Origin: Chromera velia
Lineage: Eukaryota
Direction of reading: 5' to 3'
DNA length: 64,000 nucleotides
NCBI GenBank assembly: GCA_018398765.1
Contig: JAHBMJ010000321.1
Coordinates: 62,001-126,000, forward strand
Position 1 is the first letter of the stretch. The number at the start of each line of letters is the position of its first letter. The notes under the pieces were generated by a model that saw only the letters and a program-made list of their open reading frames with translations, was not told the DNA's origin and did not search any database. The translations under genes and the position numbers were made by a program. Below, piece after piece: positions 12,501 to 25,500 of this stretch.

Positions 12501-15239
12501 ATCCCAGAGCTTTGAACGCACAGTCAATCTGCTCAAGCAGACAAGTTCATTAGCTCTCTTTCATTATACGAATTTCCTTCTCTTTGAAGCATACAAAAGA
12601 AGAAGACCTGTGAAGTAAAACGGAAACTTTAAGGTCGTGCGTGAAGAAAAAAAAAAAGATGATCGAGAGAAACTCTAACCTTCAAATCAGACTGAGATAG
12701 AAGTACTGACACTGTCAGTTAAAGAGTAGGTTCATTAGCTCTATTCTTCTTATTTCCTTTTCTTTTCTTGACATTTTTTCATTCCCTCCATCCTGAAAGT
12801 TTAAACTTCAAAAATAAATTTCATCAGCCTGAGCTTGATAAAATCGCGTGCGCCCACCTACCCACATCTACATAAGCAGAGAGACAGACGGACAGAAGAA
12901 TAGACAGACGGAAGTGGACGGAGACATACACACACGAACTTCAAAATAAAAGAGAATTATAACGTAACTTTCAGCCTGCATGGGGGATGCACGGGCAACC
13001 TAAGTCACACTCTAGGTCACGCTTTAGCTGGCTGCTGGCTGATTGGCTGAACTTAGCTAAACAGCTGAGCAAGTTTTTTATTATGCATCCTAAATAAAAC
13101 CTTATTACGGATTTCCACGCAAATTTCAATACGAAAAAAACAGGTCTTCTAAACAAAAAATCCCTCCTGGAAAATTATCTGAAAATGCTAGAGGAAATGA
13201 TTCCTATATAAGAATGACCTCTAACATGTTTTTGCATGTTTTGTTTTTTTTTTTTCCTAGTAGCGGGGAAAAGCCATAGAAAAGCCCCAGGCCCTCCACC
13301 TCCCCGCCCCGCCTCGATCCATAATTTAAAGGCCTTGCGAGCCTTAGGCTTCGTTACGTTTCCTACTACATTGCGATAAAGTTACTTGTTCTGGACGGAG
13401 TTGATCGCCCAGCTAGTCATGTCAGTACGTTATGTAGAAATGAATTAAGTTAAGGAGTGAGATTGTCCTATAAAGGACTCTTTCCAGCCAAGCACTAAGT
13501 TATGTTCACATTTCTATGTTGTTGTATGGGCGCGCCCTAAATATCGTATCTGTATTAGAATTAATATTAGGATTAAATTCAACACACGTGCATATATATC
13601 TTGTCTGTTCTTCCGTTCTAACTGACAGTTCTAGTAATATCTGACTCCTGAACTAATAGTTCTTAAGCAGTAACTATGTAGTGACTGTCATACCCTAAGT
13701 CTATATATATAAGTCTGTATAGCAACCTCCAGACTGTAGGCTTCGGAAATGCTTTAGAATTCCTCCACCTCAGAGGGGGCCCTGCTCTGTGTCCATCCTT
13801 TATACGACGTGTCATCTTGCAGTCAAATCTCATGGCAGAGTTCCAGAGGAACTGGGCATAGCAGTTGTTCCAGACCCAACAGAGATAACAGGAGCAGATA
13901 GACCGGCTGCTCACACAAAATGAGGCCTTTCATACTAGGAATGCATATAAAGCCCTGGAGCAGCAGCATCTAGAGTAGCATCTGATTCAGCATCAGCAGC
14001 ATCAATATGTTGGTCAAGCAGCACCGAAGTCATTGGGCAAACCCAAAGACGCCTTCACATTCGGTGGGGTCAGAAAGGTACTCCCTGCTTAATTGGATTC
14101 GGGATATGAAGAAATTGAATCCCCAAATACAAAGTACTGGACACTACCCCTCAGACAAGGTGTTAGTACCTTTCCCAGACTGAGTCTTTGATGCTGTAGC
14201 TTGATCTCATCATGGAGAGTGACTCCCCTTTCACGGGGTGGAACGACTTCAAAGTAGCAATGATTATCCATCGGAAGTTTAAAGATCCGAACGCGCAGGA
14301 CCGGCTGAGGGAAGCGTATGTGAGGAAGTTTGCATGATTTGGTCTGGTTCGGCCTGTTCAGGGTCGAAGCCGTTCTGCCTCGAGATAACCTGGAGGTCGT
14401 TTTGCCTGCTGGGTGCAGGAAGCACCCTTAGCTATCATTCACGCATTGTCCGGACCCCCATCATTATCGTCCCCCATCTGTTCGTATGCCCGCCTGGGCT
14501 GAAGAAGAGTTGAACTTCGAAGTTGAGAGAGTTGTCGCCGTGTGGGGCAGAGGGAGAGGGAGAGAGTACCATATGCAACCGTGTGTGCAGTGGAAGGGGT
14601 TCCCTGCAGAAAAGGCAACCTGGGAGCCTCTTTCAAACCTGAAGAATTAATGTGAAGAACATAATTGTTGCCTTCCATATGACTGTATCCTCATCGTTCT
14701 GTTTAAGATTGTCAACTAGATTGTTAATGATTGATTCAGAAAGCGTTATAAAATTCAATCCATTGTCCTACCTTCATTTTCTGCTTGTCAATGATGCCTT
14801 CTAACCCTCCCTCACCCTTCCTTCCTTGAATAAATCTCTTTCACCTTTTCAGCTGTTGTCTTTGAGATTGAATAAAACTTGTCAACTAGTTTTCTCTAAA
14901 AACAAAACCCGTCTGTGTGGGAACACAGACTTCGGGGGGGAGATGCATGGCATGTTACATTTTAGGTTACATTGCGATGAAGTTACTTATTTTGGACGGA
15001 GTTGATCACCCGGCTAGTCATGTCAGTTATACTACAGAAATGAATTAAGTCAAGGAATAAGATTGTCTTATAAAGGACTCTTTCCAGCCAAGCACTAATT
15101 AAGTTATGTTCATATGCCTATATTATTGTATGGGTATGCCCTAAATGTCGTGTCTGTATTGGAATTAATATTATAGAATTAGTTCCACACACGTCTAGAT
15201 ACACGTACATGTTATGCAACATGTATGTCTTGTCTGTTC

Positions 15240-16667
15240 AAGGAGTGGACATTAGAGTGGACACTAAAGTTTTAAAGTTTTTTTTTTGTTAAAGTTTTTT
15301 TTTTTCCCTCTAGACTTTATTCTAAAAAAATATTTTTTAATTAGTTTTTGAATAGGTCATTAATTAAGTCAGTCATAACTAAACTAATTAACTAGCCTAT
15401 ATAGAAAGTAGCAGAAACTCAGTCTATTAACGAACTAGTAACGAATGACTTTGCCTTTTCTATATTTAAAGGCATGAATGATTGCACAAAAAAAGAAAAA
15501 AACAGAAAAAAGAGGACAGATGAAAGGGAAACATAATTTGATATCAATTTCTCTCTCTTCACTCATCATCTGACTCTTCGATCGCCTGGCTGGAAGACTT
15601 TGAATTAGCAAATATTAAAGATGTTGCACTAACGTTGGCATACATTGAAAAGAGGCCTGGGGGGATAGTGGTTATAAGCAGCCGCCACCATTTTTTAGGA
15701 GAAGTAATTGTGGCAAAAAAAGAAGTGGATTTTTTAGAGAAGGACCCTAGAGGACCAAAGTCGCTAGTCGTTTGAATTTATATCAAAGTTGTTTCTTGGA
15801 ATTTTTGTGAGATTCTGAATCTTCCATCTCCGTGTTGCCCTCACTGATTTTTAAAGAGAGAACCTTTCTAGACAGAGGCTCTCCATGCTCCTCCTAGCAG
15901 AAAGGAAATGGCAGTCACGTCCGTCAGACATAAGAAACGATCTGCACATACGCATACTGTCCCTTTGTCTTCTTAAATCCTCTACGAACATCCGTCCTCT
16001 CCTGAGAGTGATGACGGGTGGTTATGTGTAGCGGGGGAAGCTAGAGAAGACCTGCTCAGCTTGCTCTGGCAGAAAAGTTTATGATAAGATCCACTTGCTC
16101 ACGGAATGTGTGGACACAGAGAGGGAAAGACAGGAGCTTAACGAAATCATCAGCAGAATAAAGGAGCGCGCGCCCATTGAGAAACGGGTGGAAATTGCGG
16201 AATGGGTGGTTGCCTCTGCTGGTAGAGGAGTGGGGGAGAATGAAAAGAAAGTCCGAGAGATGATCGCTCTTATTTCATCGTTCCAGCCTCTGGCGGGCAT
16301 AAGGGCGGTTGAGGAGTGTATAGCTAAATTAGAGAGAGTTTGTCTTGACATGTGTTAATGGATCAATGCGCTAAGTCAACAATCCAACATTGCATGTCAT
16401 GCCCCATGGTTGGCCAGAGCCTAAGTAGTGGCTCACTGGCTTTAACCGCCTCAATTCAATTCATTCAATTCATAGTAATGCATTACATACCTCGTTTTGA
16501 GAGTTGTGAAACTTTTGCATAATTAGTATATCTACTAGTATATAAAGCAGCAACTTTGCCTGACTTTTGTATGTCTGGTTGTATGTTTACTTTTAAAGTT
16601 TTAAAGTTAAAGTTTAAAGTTTTACAGGCAAACTATATTATAAAAAAACTTTACTACCCACCCCTAG
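15240..16667. mobile_element. 1.43-kb insertion in the 3' LTR flanked by a 9-bp target-site duplication
   Basis: TGTCTGTTC occurs at 15231-15239 and 16668-16676. LTR homology stops and resumes exactly at these copies. Confidence 0.75.
15620..16472 (+). mobile_element. LINE 3'-end fragment nested in the insertion
   Basis: KIHLLTECVDTERERQEL (~16085) resembles the knuckle in the other LINEs (DEIHLVTKC). The fragment ends in a TTCAA/TTCA tail at 16450-16472. The 5' boundary is approximate. Confidence 0.55.
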
Positions 16668-16876
16668 TGTCTGTTCTTCCGTACGTCCTGACTGATAGTT
16701 CTGGTAATACCCGACTCCTGAACTAATAGTTCTTAAGCAGTAACCATGCAGTCATACCCTAAGTGTAAGTCTGTAGCAACCTCTAGACTGTAAGCTTCCC
16801 TACGGGCCTGTACCTTAAAATTCAAAGCCATACAGACCTATACTAAAAGACGTAGCAGGAAAGCCTAGCCCACTGG

Positions 16877-16925
16877 CAATCAATCAACTAGTAAATCAAT
16901 CGACTCAGGCTAGCTAATCGACTAG

Positions 16926-16968
<43 letters not shown>

Positions 16969-17097
16969 TCAATCAATCAAGAAATCAATCAATCAGTCCA
17001 TCAGTCAATTAATCATTTTCATTGACTCATTACCAATCAATCAATCAATCAATCAATTAATCAATCAATCAATCAATCAATTAATCAATCAATCAAT
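16877..17097 (+). repeat. (ATCA)n microsatellite, probable retroelement tail
   Basis: Imperfect (AATC)n array with the same unit as the LINE tail at 54710-54810. Confidence 0.85.
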
Positions 17098-19088
17098 GCG
17101 AACCCTAGTGCAGACCTTTGCGGATCGAGGCCTAGATCAAGACAAAACCTAGACAAAACGTCATTCATTCAACTTTAATGAAATTCTTCAATGTCTTTTT
17201 AAGTTTTAAGTTTTAAACTCTTATATAGTTTGTACTGATACAGATCGCCGATACACAAATAATTAGCTAGATAATTATAGATGTAAGTCCATGCAACCCT
17301 ATAGATACAACCATAACAGTATTGAATCCATCAAACCTATATGCTTGTAGATTCTTTATTTATTATAATATAAGTTATTATATAACAATGATGCTACTAA
17401 TTAATGACTCGGAGTGCATGCATTCAGTTCATGTCGACTTGTTCACAAGCCAGTCTGATGCTGACCAGACGATCGAGCACTGCGATGAAGCACAGCAGCA
17501 TCTCATTTAAGTATTGAAAGTAGATTGAAAGTTGGATTTACAGACGGGACCGTCACGGGAGAGGAAGCTGAGGGGGGCAAGATTGTGGAGACAAAGGAAA
17601 GAGAGTCTGTTTGATGATACAACAAACGAGTTGGGAGGCTTAATCTTACAAAGATTGCATGAGATCTAAATCGAAGCCTTTGTTGCTGAAGGCCACGCAT
17701 GCAGACAAAAAGGGGCGAAGCAAAGCGCCAATTGGATTGCTTGCCCATGCATTCATTTGCAACCATCTATGCATTCCGTCACGCAGATAGCGGACACAAA
17801 GAGGAACACGCGCACTCAAAAGACAATTCATCATCTCCCATGCATGCAACCACGGGCGTGCAGAGATGCACAGGAAGAGGGGGGGACGAAGGGAAGACAT
17901 ACAGACAGACGCCCTCAGCCGCCTAAGAAGTACCCAATTCAAAACTTAATTGCAAAAAACACTCCCACCCCACCCCCCACGCCTAAGCCAACCCAGCGCT
18001 TCGGCTGGATGTCATGACCCTCCTTAAAGAACAAAGGCAGAAAGAGGGACCCAAGGAAAGGAAAGAGAAAATTTCGCTGCCAGGTCATTAAAGACGAAAC
18101 AGAGCAGTGGAAATTTACCCTTGATTCTTCCCCTTGTGTCTGACTGCCCCATAGACGGATTGTTGATAAATAAATACAGAGAGTGAGAGAAAGAAGCCTT
18201 CTCTGTTCTGAATGTAGAGACATGCAAACAGACAGAGACAGAGAGAGCTGTCTACCCTCACCCTCAAGCCAGCATCCGACACGCATACGGTCCGTCTGCT
18301 GAGTAGCTTTCCTTCTTTCTTTCCACCCTCCATTTGACTACTGACTTTGACTACATGTGTGATGGCAAGCAAACACATTTCATGCAAGCACCACACACAC
18401 GCACCAGAAGGAGAATGCATGTACATGCAGACAGTCTCCCGGGACCAACAAAAAACAAAACAGGACAAATGAGTGAGTGAGTGAGTGAGTGAGAGAAGAG
18501 ATCCAATCAACCAGTAGAAGGGCCATCGTGGCATTCGAAAAACGCGCCATGCATGAGTGAAAGAAAGAATGAAGGCACATGCATGCATCCGCCTCCCCCC
18601 TCTGGTCATGCAACAACACTGCTTGATTCCTTCCTTATGCATTGAACGACGCACGGGCAGCCCAAGTGCAGGAGAATAGTGAGACATCTCCCCAACCGGC
18701 CCCGCCCCCTTCTCGCTCGATGTGGTGATCAACCTCTGTCTCCCCCCAGCTCTCTTACGCAGTCCCCCCCGCGCTCTCTCTGCAACCATCACACAGATCA
18801 GCAGCACAAACAAAAGCAAGCAGAGTCACAAGTTGACATCAAAATGTGCACACGCCCGGAGGGAATGGAGAGGCCTATAAGTGGGGGAGAGCGTGGAGAT
18901 GGACACAGAAGGAAAACCGATGCGAAGCCAAAACTTCAGAAGCACAAAATCACAAAGGATGACACGACGCTTCTCCGTTTGCGAGAGATGCTCAAACTCT
19001 TGCCAAATGTACAAACCAGAAAGAAATAGACACGCATGTAACGGCAGACGGACGTACCTGGAAGTATCCGTCTTTGAACGAGAGTTAC

Positions 19089-21692
19089 TCAAAACCCGCC
19101 GTTATCCTGCATCGTTTCCCCATCAGCTTCTGCTTCTGCCTCCTCCCCTTCTTCCTCTGCCACAGGTTCCATTGCCAAACTTCCCGAAACAACGGGGTCT
19201 CCATCTCCATCCCCCTCTCTCTCCTTCGACACCTGGGGCGATTCTGCTCCCTCAGACCCACCTCCACTGACACTCCCACTACCTCCACTCAACACCGACG
19301 TGGCCGACTTCTCCCTCTCTCGCCTCGAACTTCCCGACGCTGTGGCAGCGTCACCTTCACCCTCAGCGCTCTGACTTGCAGCAGGAGACGGAGTGGAAGC
19401 CCTAGTTTGACTTAGGGTCCCAACCCCCCCACCTGATGGACTAGTTGCAGACCTAGGCGTGGTGACTGAGACGGTGCCATTGGGGGAGACTGAAACCTGA
19501 GCGGCTCCAGAATCAGACCACAAAGGCATCGAGGGAAGGGAGGTGGTGTGTATCAGACTGAAGGACTGTCTGTCTCCGTAATCTGGAATGGGAGGAGACG
19601 CGGGACGGCGGGAGTGCCACGTGACTTTCCGACCCCCCCTACCGTCTGGACCCCCGACACCCTGCTGGGCCATCAAACCGTCCTGCATTCCCACCACAGC
19701 CCTCCACGATGCCTCTCTCTGCGCTTCTTCCAGTCTCTGCTGTTTTCTCCGTCTTCTACAAGAGCGAGGAGAAAAGAGAACAAAGGTGGCTTTTGTCTCT
19801 TCTTCCGTGTCTCCTTCTGGAGGAGCAGCCGATGAAGATGCTGCTGCCCTGGAGGAGGAACCCGGACGGGGGTGCCATGGCCTCAGGCCGACATGAGAGG
19901 GGGTCCGCTGGGGACCTGCGCGGGGGGAATTGATGGGCCGAAGGAAGATGGAAGGGTCGGGAACGAGAAAATTGTTCATCTGTCGACGGACGGGCCACGC
20001 TTGAGGTGCGTTTTCGTCGTCTATGTCGTGTAAGTGGAGATTGGTTAGCGGGTGTTCAAAAGGCTGACGCAGAGACGCAGGGGGGGTCTCATCGGTGGCA
20101 GGGGTGAGGGTGATGGTCGGCAGGGGTGTCCCTTGTGACCATTCAGAAGTGCGGGAGGTGGGGGAGACAGACCTAGACCTGATGGACGATATTGCATGGT
20201 GTCTCGCAGGAAGGGGGGGGAGCTGCCAGTCAGTGGCGCTGTGTGAGGCCGAGCTAAGCAGTCTGTCTGATTGGAGAGAACCCGCCCGACGTCTGCGTCT
20301 CCTGGTAGAGCCGTCTGGAGGCGGGACACCAAGAACACTGGCGTTCTCAGTCCAATCCCCCCAATCCCCCCCACTGTCACACACAGAGGAAGCCGCACCG
20401 TCCCTCGACACCCACATATTCCCCATGTGCCCCTCGTCAGGGGTACCCAATGCGTACGGAATCGACGGAGAAAGAGGCGCACAGTCGCTCTTCCCCTTCT
20501 GATTCCATATCGAAGTCAGAGAGAGAGGCCGACATCGTGTCCTCTCAGGGGACTCTTCCTCCTCCGGCTCCCTCTGATCACGGTCAGATGAGTCACCCCC
20601 CGGCCCCCTCCCCTTCAACCCGCCTCGACCTCTTCCTGGAGATGACCCACCCCTCCCACTGCTTTTGGGTTCTTCTGTCAACAACGTGTACCAGAGCATC
20701 CCTGCCCCCACCACAACATAAATACCCAAAGTTCTTGCATCCAAAGCTTCTTTGAATAGAACTGTCGCCCCAAGGATCTGAGCCACCGTCTTTGCTTGAG
20801 AGACTAGTGACAGTCCAAGAGGCGACAGTACTCTCACAGAAGCATAACAAGACAAAGAAAGGAAAACCCCCAAAATTCCGGAAAAGATCAACGGACCCCA
20901 AAATTTATACACAAAAGTTCCGAACTGACTCCAGGAAGAAAACGTTTGCTCTAGCACTCGAGTCAAAGGAACAAATTCCTCACACAAAGATATGAAAGGG
21001 GGGAGAAGGAGAGCAGACACAAGTTGGTTGTACTGCAGAAGCACAGCCAGCGGCATTTTCTCCTCGGCCAGTGTCTTCTTGGAAGACACCAAATAGTAGG
21101 CACCGAACAAGGAAGCGAGGGTGCCTAACAATGCAGGGTAAGGCGGGATGTACGACGCGTCTGCCACCCCAAGAATGAACCCCAAGAGCACAAAACCGAC
21201 ACCTAACAGCCGGATCCTGCTCGTTCGAACCCCCAGGACTGCACCCGACAGCAATGCAATGAACACCAAGGTGGTGCACTTCGCCAGATGATAGGCAGCC
21301 ACTGGGAGCTCCCTCAGGGTCATGTTCTGGAGGACAATCATTCCCGCAAACGCCACCGAGGACCCAAAAGCCTTGAATGTGTCCTCCACAGTAAACTCTA
21401 CTTTCGGGAAGGCAGGCCGAAAGTAAACAGGAAGGCGATCATTCGATACCAGAGTCAGGGACAACAGGAAGGTAATCAACTGTTGAAACCAGGAAACAAA
21501 AACGGGTAAGTGGAAAGCATTCGAAACGAAGATGTATCGATTAATCCACAGATACAATACTGATGACCCTGCATACGACAGGATAACAAGGGCGGCAAAA
21601 GCCCCAGAAACCTGCTTGGAAGGTTTCGGTTGTGCTCTTGAGCTGCCTGATGAAGGAGGCGGGGCTGACAGCAGCCCCTCTCGTCTCCTCAT
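19089..21692 (-). CDS. Nucleotide-sugar transporter (TPT/SLC35, GDP-fucose transporter-like) with long disordered C-terminal tail; single exon
   Basis: 867-aa ORF with multiple TM helices in the first ~340 aa. PVFVSWFQQLIT and LSPLGLSLVSQAKTVAQILGATVLFKE resemble SLC35C1 motifs. The remainder is S/R/P/E-rich. Confidence 0.8.
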   Translation of the reverse strand: MRRREGLLSAPPPSSGSSRAQPKPSKQVSGAFAALVILSYAGSSVLYLWINRYIFVSNAFHLPVFVSWFQQLITFLLSLTLVSNDRLPVYFRPAFPKVEFTVEDTFKAFGSSVAFAGMIVLQNMTLRELPVAAYHLAKCTTLVFIALLSGAVLGVRTSRIRLLGVGFVLLGFILGVADASYIPPYPALLGTLASLFGAYYLVSSKKTLAEEKMPLAVLLQYNQLVSALLLPPFISLCEEFVPLTRVLEQTFSSWSQFGTFVYKFWGPLIFSGILGVFLSLSCYASVRVLSPLGLSLVSQAKTVAQILGATVLFKEALDARTLGIYVVVGAGMLWYTLLTEEPKSSGRGGSSPGRGRGGLKGRGPGGDSSDRDQREPEEEESPERTRCRPLSLTSIWNQKGKSDCAPLSPSIPYALGTPDEGHMGNMWVSRDGAASSVCDSGGDWGDWTENASVLGVPPPDGSTRRRRRRAGSLQSDRLLSSASHSATDWQLPPLPARHHAISSIRSRSVSPTSRTSEWSQGTPLPTITLTPATDETPPASLRQPFEHPLTNLHLHDIDDENAPQAWPVRRQMNNFLVPDPSIFLRPINSPRAGPQRTPSHVGLRPWHPRPGSSSRAAASSSAAPPEGDTEEETKATFVLFSPRSCRRRRKQQRLEEAQREASWRAVVGMQDGLMAQQGVGGPDGRGGRKVTWHSRRPASPPIPDYGDRQSFSLIHTTSLPSMPLWSDSGAAQVSVSPNGTVSVTTPRSATSPSGGGVGTLSQTRASTPSPAASQSAEGEGDAATASGSSRREREKSATSVLSGGSGSVSGGGSEGAESPQVSKEREGDGDGDPVVSGSLAMEPVAEEEGEEAEAEADGETMQDNGGF

Positions 21693-22508
21693 TGTCCTCG
21701 TTCTCTTCTCTCAGGGCTGGTTTGGTCTTAAGAGCCAAAGTCTAAAGGATGGGTTAAGATTAGAAGGTTCCGTCAGTAGTCTTGGACAGTGAAAGTGACC
21801 ACTTCAAAGCGTTGTTGAAGGAAATCGAAATCTGTTGTTTCACTGTATTCGGCTGTTGCATTGGTGAGTGCCTTGAAATGCCCTGCAGGCTCGCTGATGG
21901 CTCGCTGACGTCACCGGAAAGGTGGAGGGACATGCCAGCCGTGGCCCCCGCTGCAGTCTTGTTTTTGACCCCGGACGGCAGATTTCGCGATTTTCAGTGA
22001 AGGCGTTCCTGCGATGGTTCTGGATATCGCGATTGCATATGCTCAAATATATGTGGACTGGAATCATGAGGGGCACTTAACGACTTCTAAGCGGCTCGCA
22101 CGGAGTTTTTTGTGGGCCGACCTGCATCGACCTGCAGCCTCAAAATTGTGTGCCCTGCCATGCCACAGCTTCTGAACTTCAAAACAGAGTTAGAAGCGTG
22201 ACTTCTTTAGTTATGCAACGCTCGCAATTGCTGAGTTTGGGCCGCACTAACCGGGTCAGCTGGTTGTCTTGTTCGGTTTTTACTGGTTCTTGCAGACGTG
22301 CTCTCGAGAAAAAATAATCCGGTCCTCGTCGTGATGTTGTCGTGAAATAAAAGTGAGGGCGTTGTTTGCACAGCAACGCTGCAGTTGCTCGCTGACTGTG
22401 AGTGTCCAAGAGGACAAAATTCAAACCTTCTCGAGCTCACCGATACCTTCCAGTCTGCTTTCCTGGTCTATTCTCAAGCCTGGAAGGCCTCTTGACAATA
22501 CCAAGAGG

Positions 22509-25500
22509 ATGAGTTATCATCCTCCTTACCACTACCCTCACTATCCCGCTCCTCATGGGTACCAACCTGCATATCCCCCTCAAGCAGCAGCCCACTCCCA
22601 ATTCCCTCCTGCAGCATCCGCTCCAGCACAAATTCACTTAGGCTCTCCTTCACCTGCACCCGCCCCTCGGCCTGTCGACCACAGCTTGAACGAAATCTCG
22701 TTGGAGTACACGTATGCGGTCAGCAAGAGGGGGTTCTTTTCAACTCACCAACCTGTCTACGAGCCCGGAGACAGATAAAGTTTTTCCTGTTCCCGTGAGA
22801 ATTTCCTTCAGAGAAGAGGACCAGTCCTCCCCTGGCTGTCTGGATTGGTTGCTATCCTGTGCGTTCTCCCCTTCCCTGTCTTCCTGAACGTCTATGTGTC
22901 CCCCAATCCCCTCTGTCCCTTCTTACAGGATCTCCGCGAGTCAACCAACAACTTCGACGAGAAGTGCAAACTCGGGCACGGGGCCTACGGATGCGTCTTT
23001 AAAGGAGTCCTCAAAGATGGTCAGCCTGTCTTCTTCGTTGAGCGGGACTCTTCAAAGCATGATAGGATGAATGCAGCCGGGTTGGCTCTGAGTTTGTGCG
23101 GGCCACAGGTTCCCTCAGTCTGCCACCTTTGTCTGTGGCGAAGAATCGTCTGACTGGGCTTCCAGCTTTCTCACCTGTCGACTGTTCATGTGCGGAGACG
23201 GAAGACAGAGGAACATTGAGTTGAAGGGGGAATCAGGGAGGAGACAGACAGGGAAGATGAATGTGCGCAGTTCGACAAACAATGAGAATCAGAAGGACCA
23301 TCCATTCCTTGCTATTTGGAATTCGTTTTTGAGGAGACGGACGAGCGGACCGAAAGAGAAAAGGAAAAGTCGAACCCTTGGTTTCTCTCCGTCTTTTCCG
23401 CTCGGTGCGTTGTCTTTCCTTTCACTCTTCATCTTTGCTCTTCTGCTTTCCGCCCCACGCTCTCCTCTTTTTTGGACCGGGAACAAAGCCACCAACAACA
23501 GTCTTGCAGCCCCCCCATATTAGGTAAATGTGCACATGTCTGTTGTTGCCTTGCCTTTTCTGTCCCCCCCCAGGAACGGAGGTGGCCATCAAGGTCCTAC
23601 AGATCCCCAAGGAAGCGGGATTTGAGGAGGAGGTGAAGGTGCTGTCGAAATTTCGACACCCGAACCTTGTCATCCTCATGGGGTTTGCAAGAAATGGGGC
23701 TCAGAGACTGCTGGTCTATGAGATGCTTCCGGGCGGGGATGTCAGCAATCGACTTGCGTCAGGTCGGTCAGTCTGCCAGTCTGCCTGAGTAAGAAGGAGG
23801 GAAAGGAAAGAAACAATGAACGTTCCCTTTCTCGAAGGAGTCTGTCCAGACTTTTGTTGCCCCGTCTTGCGTTAGCTTGTTCACAAGTCTCGTTGCGCTC
23901 CTTGTTCCAGCATTGAAAGGCAACCCTGCGTGCGTTTGCGTGTAAGTGTGTGGCTGTGGGGGTTTGCGTGTAAGTGTGTGGTTGTGGGGGTGGGTTGTGT
24001 CTGTGTATGTCTGTATGTCTGTGTCTGTGAGTGAGTGTGGCTGTGTGTATGTGTGTGTGAGAGAGAAAGAGACAAAGTGGAAACGTAGATGCGTGAGGGT
24101 TGTGTGTGCGCGTACGGGGCATCAACATCTTTGTTTGCACCTGTGCGTTCTTCTTTCCAGGTCCAACGTTGAGTTGGAAGCGTCGTCTGACGATTCTTTT
24201 AGATGCTGCGTGCGGGCTATCTCACCTTCACAACGCCAAACCGAAAGTCTTCCATAGAGATATCAAAACCGCCAACATCCTCCTCGACCGTAACGGAACC
24301 GCCAAGATGGCAGACTTCGGTCTCGCCTGTCTGATGCAAGCAGGTCAGTCAGTCGATCAGCAGCACGAATGAAAGGGACGTCCTTCTCTCCTCTTCTTTT
24401 CTTCTGTTGATGAGTTCAAGCTGAAAGCCCGTCTCTTCCCGTCTCACAGCCGCACAGAGGTGCCTGCATGCCTGCCTTACTGCCCGCCTGCGTTCGTGTC
24501 TGCCCGCCTTTGAAGACACTTGATGAGATTTGATCTGGCGGAATTCCAATATTCTTTTTTTCGAACAGTCCGCTCCCCGTTCTCTGAGTCATGAGGGTGC
24601 ATGAAGGCTGTAGGTCTGTATGTAAACGTCATCTGTAGCCGTCATTTCTGTAAGGAAGGGCCCAGACAGGCAAGGCAGACCTGCATCAACCCTCCCTCCC
24701 TCCCACCCTGCCTGCCTGAACCCCACAGCGCACGACCCGAACGGCACTTCTGGGTCCTCATCGTCCCAGTCCTACAAGGTCCAGCAGACGGCGGGAACGA
24801 TCGGATACGCAGACCCGCTTTACATTAAAAGGTCAGTCAGGCAGTCAGTCAGTTTTGGGTGGATCCGGAGGGTGGGGTAGAGACGAAGGTGAAGGAGAGA
24901 GGAGGATGGAGGTTTCTAAAGCGATTCGATCAGCGTAGGGGAGAATTGTCGTCACAGCCAATGGCGGGTTTCTTCACACTGCTCACGAATCGCTGGGTCC
25001 CAATTTGATTCCTCTGCCGTCAGATTTTATTTAACTGGACACGCTTTTCTCTCCCTTCCTCTGTTTCCATGCAGAGCTCTGGTGAATGAGAAAACGGAAG
25101 TTTACAGTTTCGGGATGGTCATCCTGGAGCTCCTCACTGCCAAGCCGCCTGCCGTTCAAGTCAGTGGGCAAAGAAGCGAAGTTTTGATCTTGCATGCATG
25201 CATGGGGGCTGTTCGGTCCCTATTGGCCTGCCTGCCTTCCTTCCTTCCTGCGTGCCTGCGTGCTGTCTTTTTGCTTTGCATGGCTCTTTTTTGTGGAGTC
25301 TTGTCCTGACACTAGAGACATTAGGGTGGACAGCAAGGAAAGAGGAAAGAAGACGAAACAAGATTGGGACACAGAACGGAATAGTGGGGTCCATTGGCGA
25401 ATTGGTTGATGAACACATTGGAAAGGGGGGTGGATAGATGGAGGTCGGCCTGTCTGTCCATTGTAGAGCGAGGAGGTGTCACATGCGACATGCATCCACT

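Larger units (their letters stand above)
13352..16797 (+). mobile_element. Internally deleted Ty3/gypsy chromovirus-type LTR retrotransposon remnant; 3' LTR split by a later insertion
   Basis: Diverged direct repeats at 13352-~13745 and at 14953-15239 plus 16668-16797. Polypurine tract GGGGGGGAG at ~14934 precedes TGTTAC. Integrase C-terminal-like WFGLFRVEAVLPRDNLEVVLP..RKHP at ~14345. Chromodomain FEVERVVAVWGRGRGREY..QWKGFPAEKATWEPLSNLKN at 14501-14650. Confidence 0.85.
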
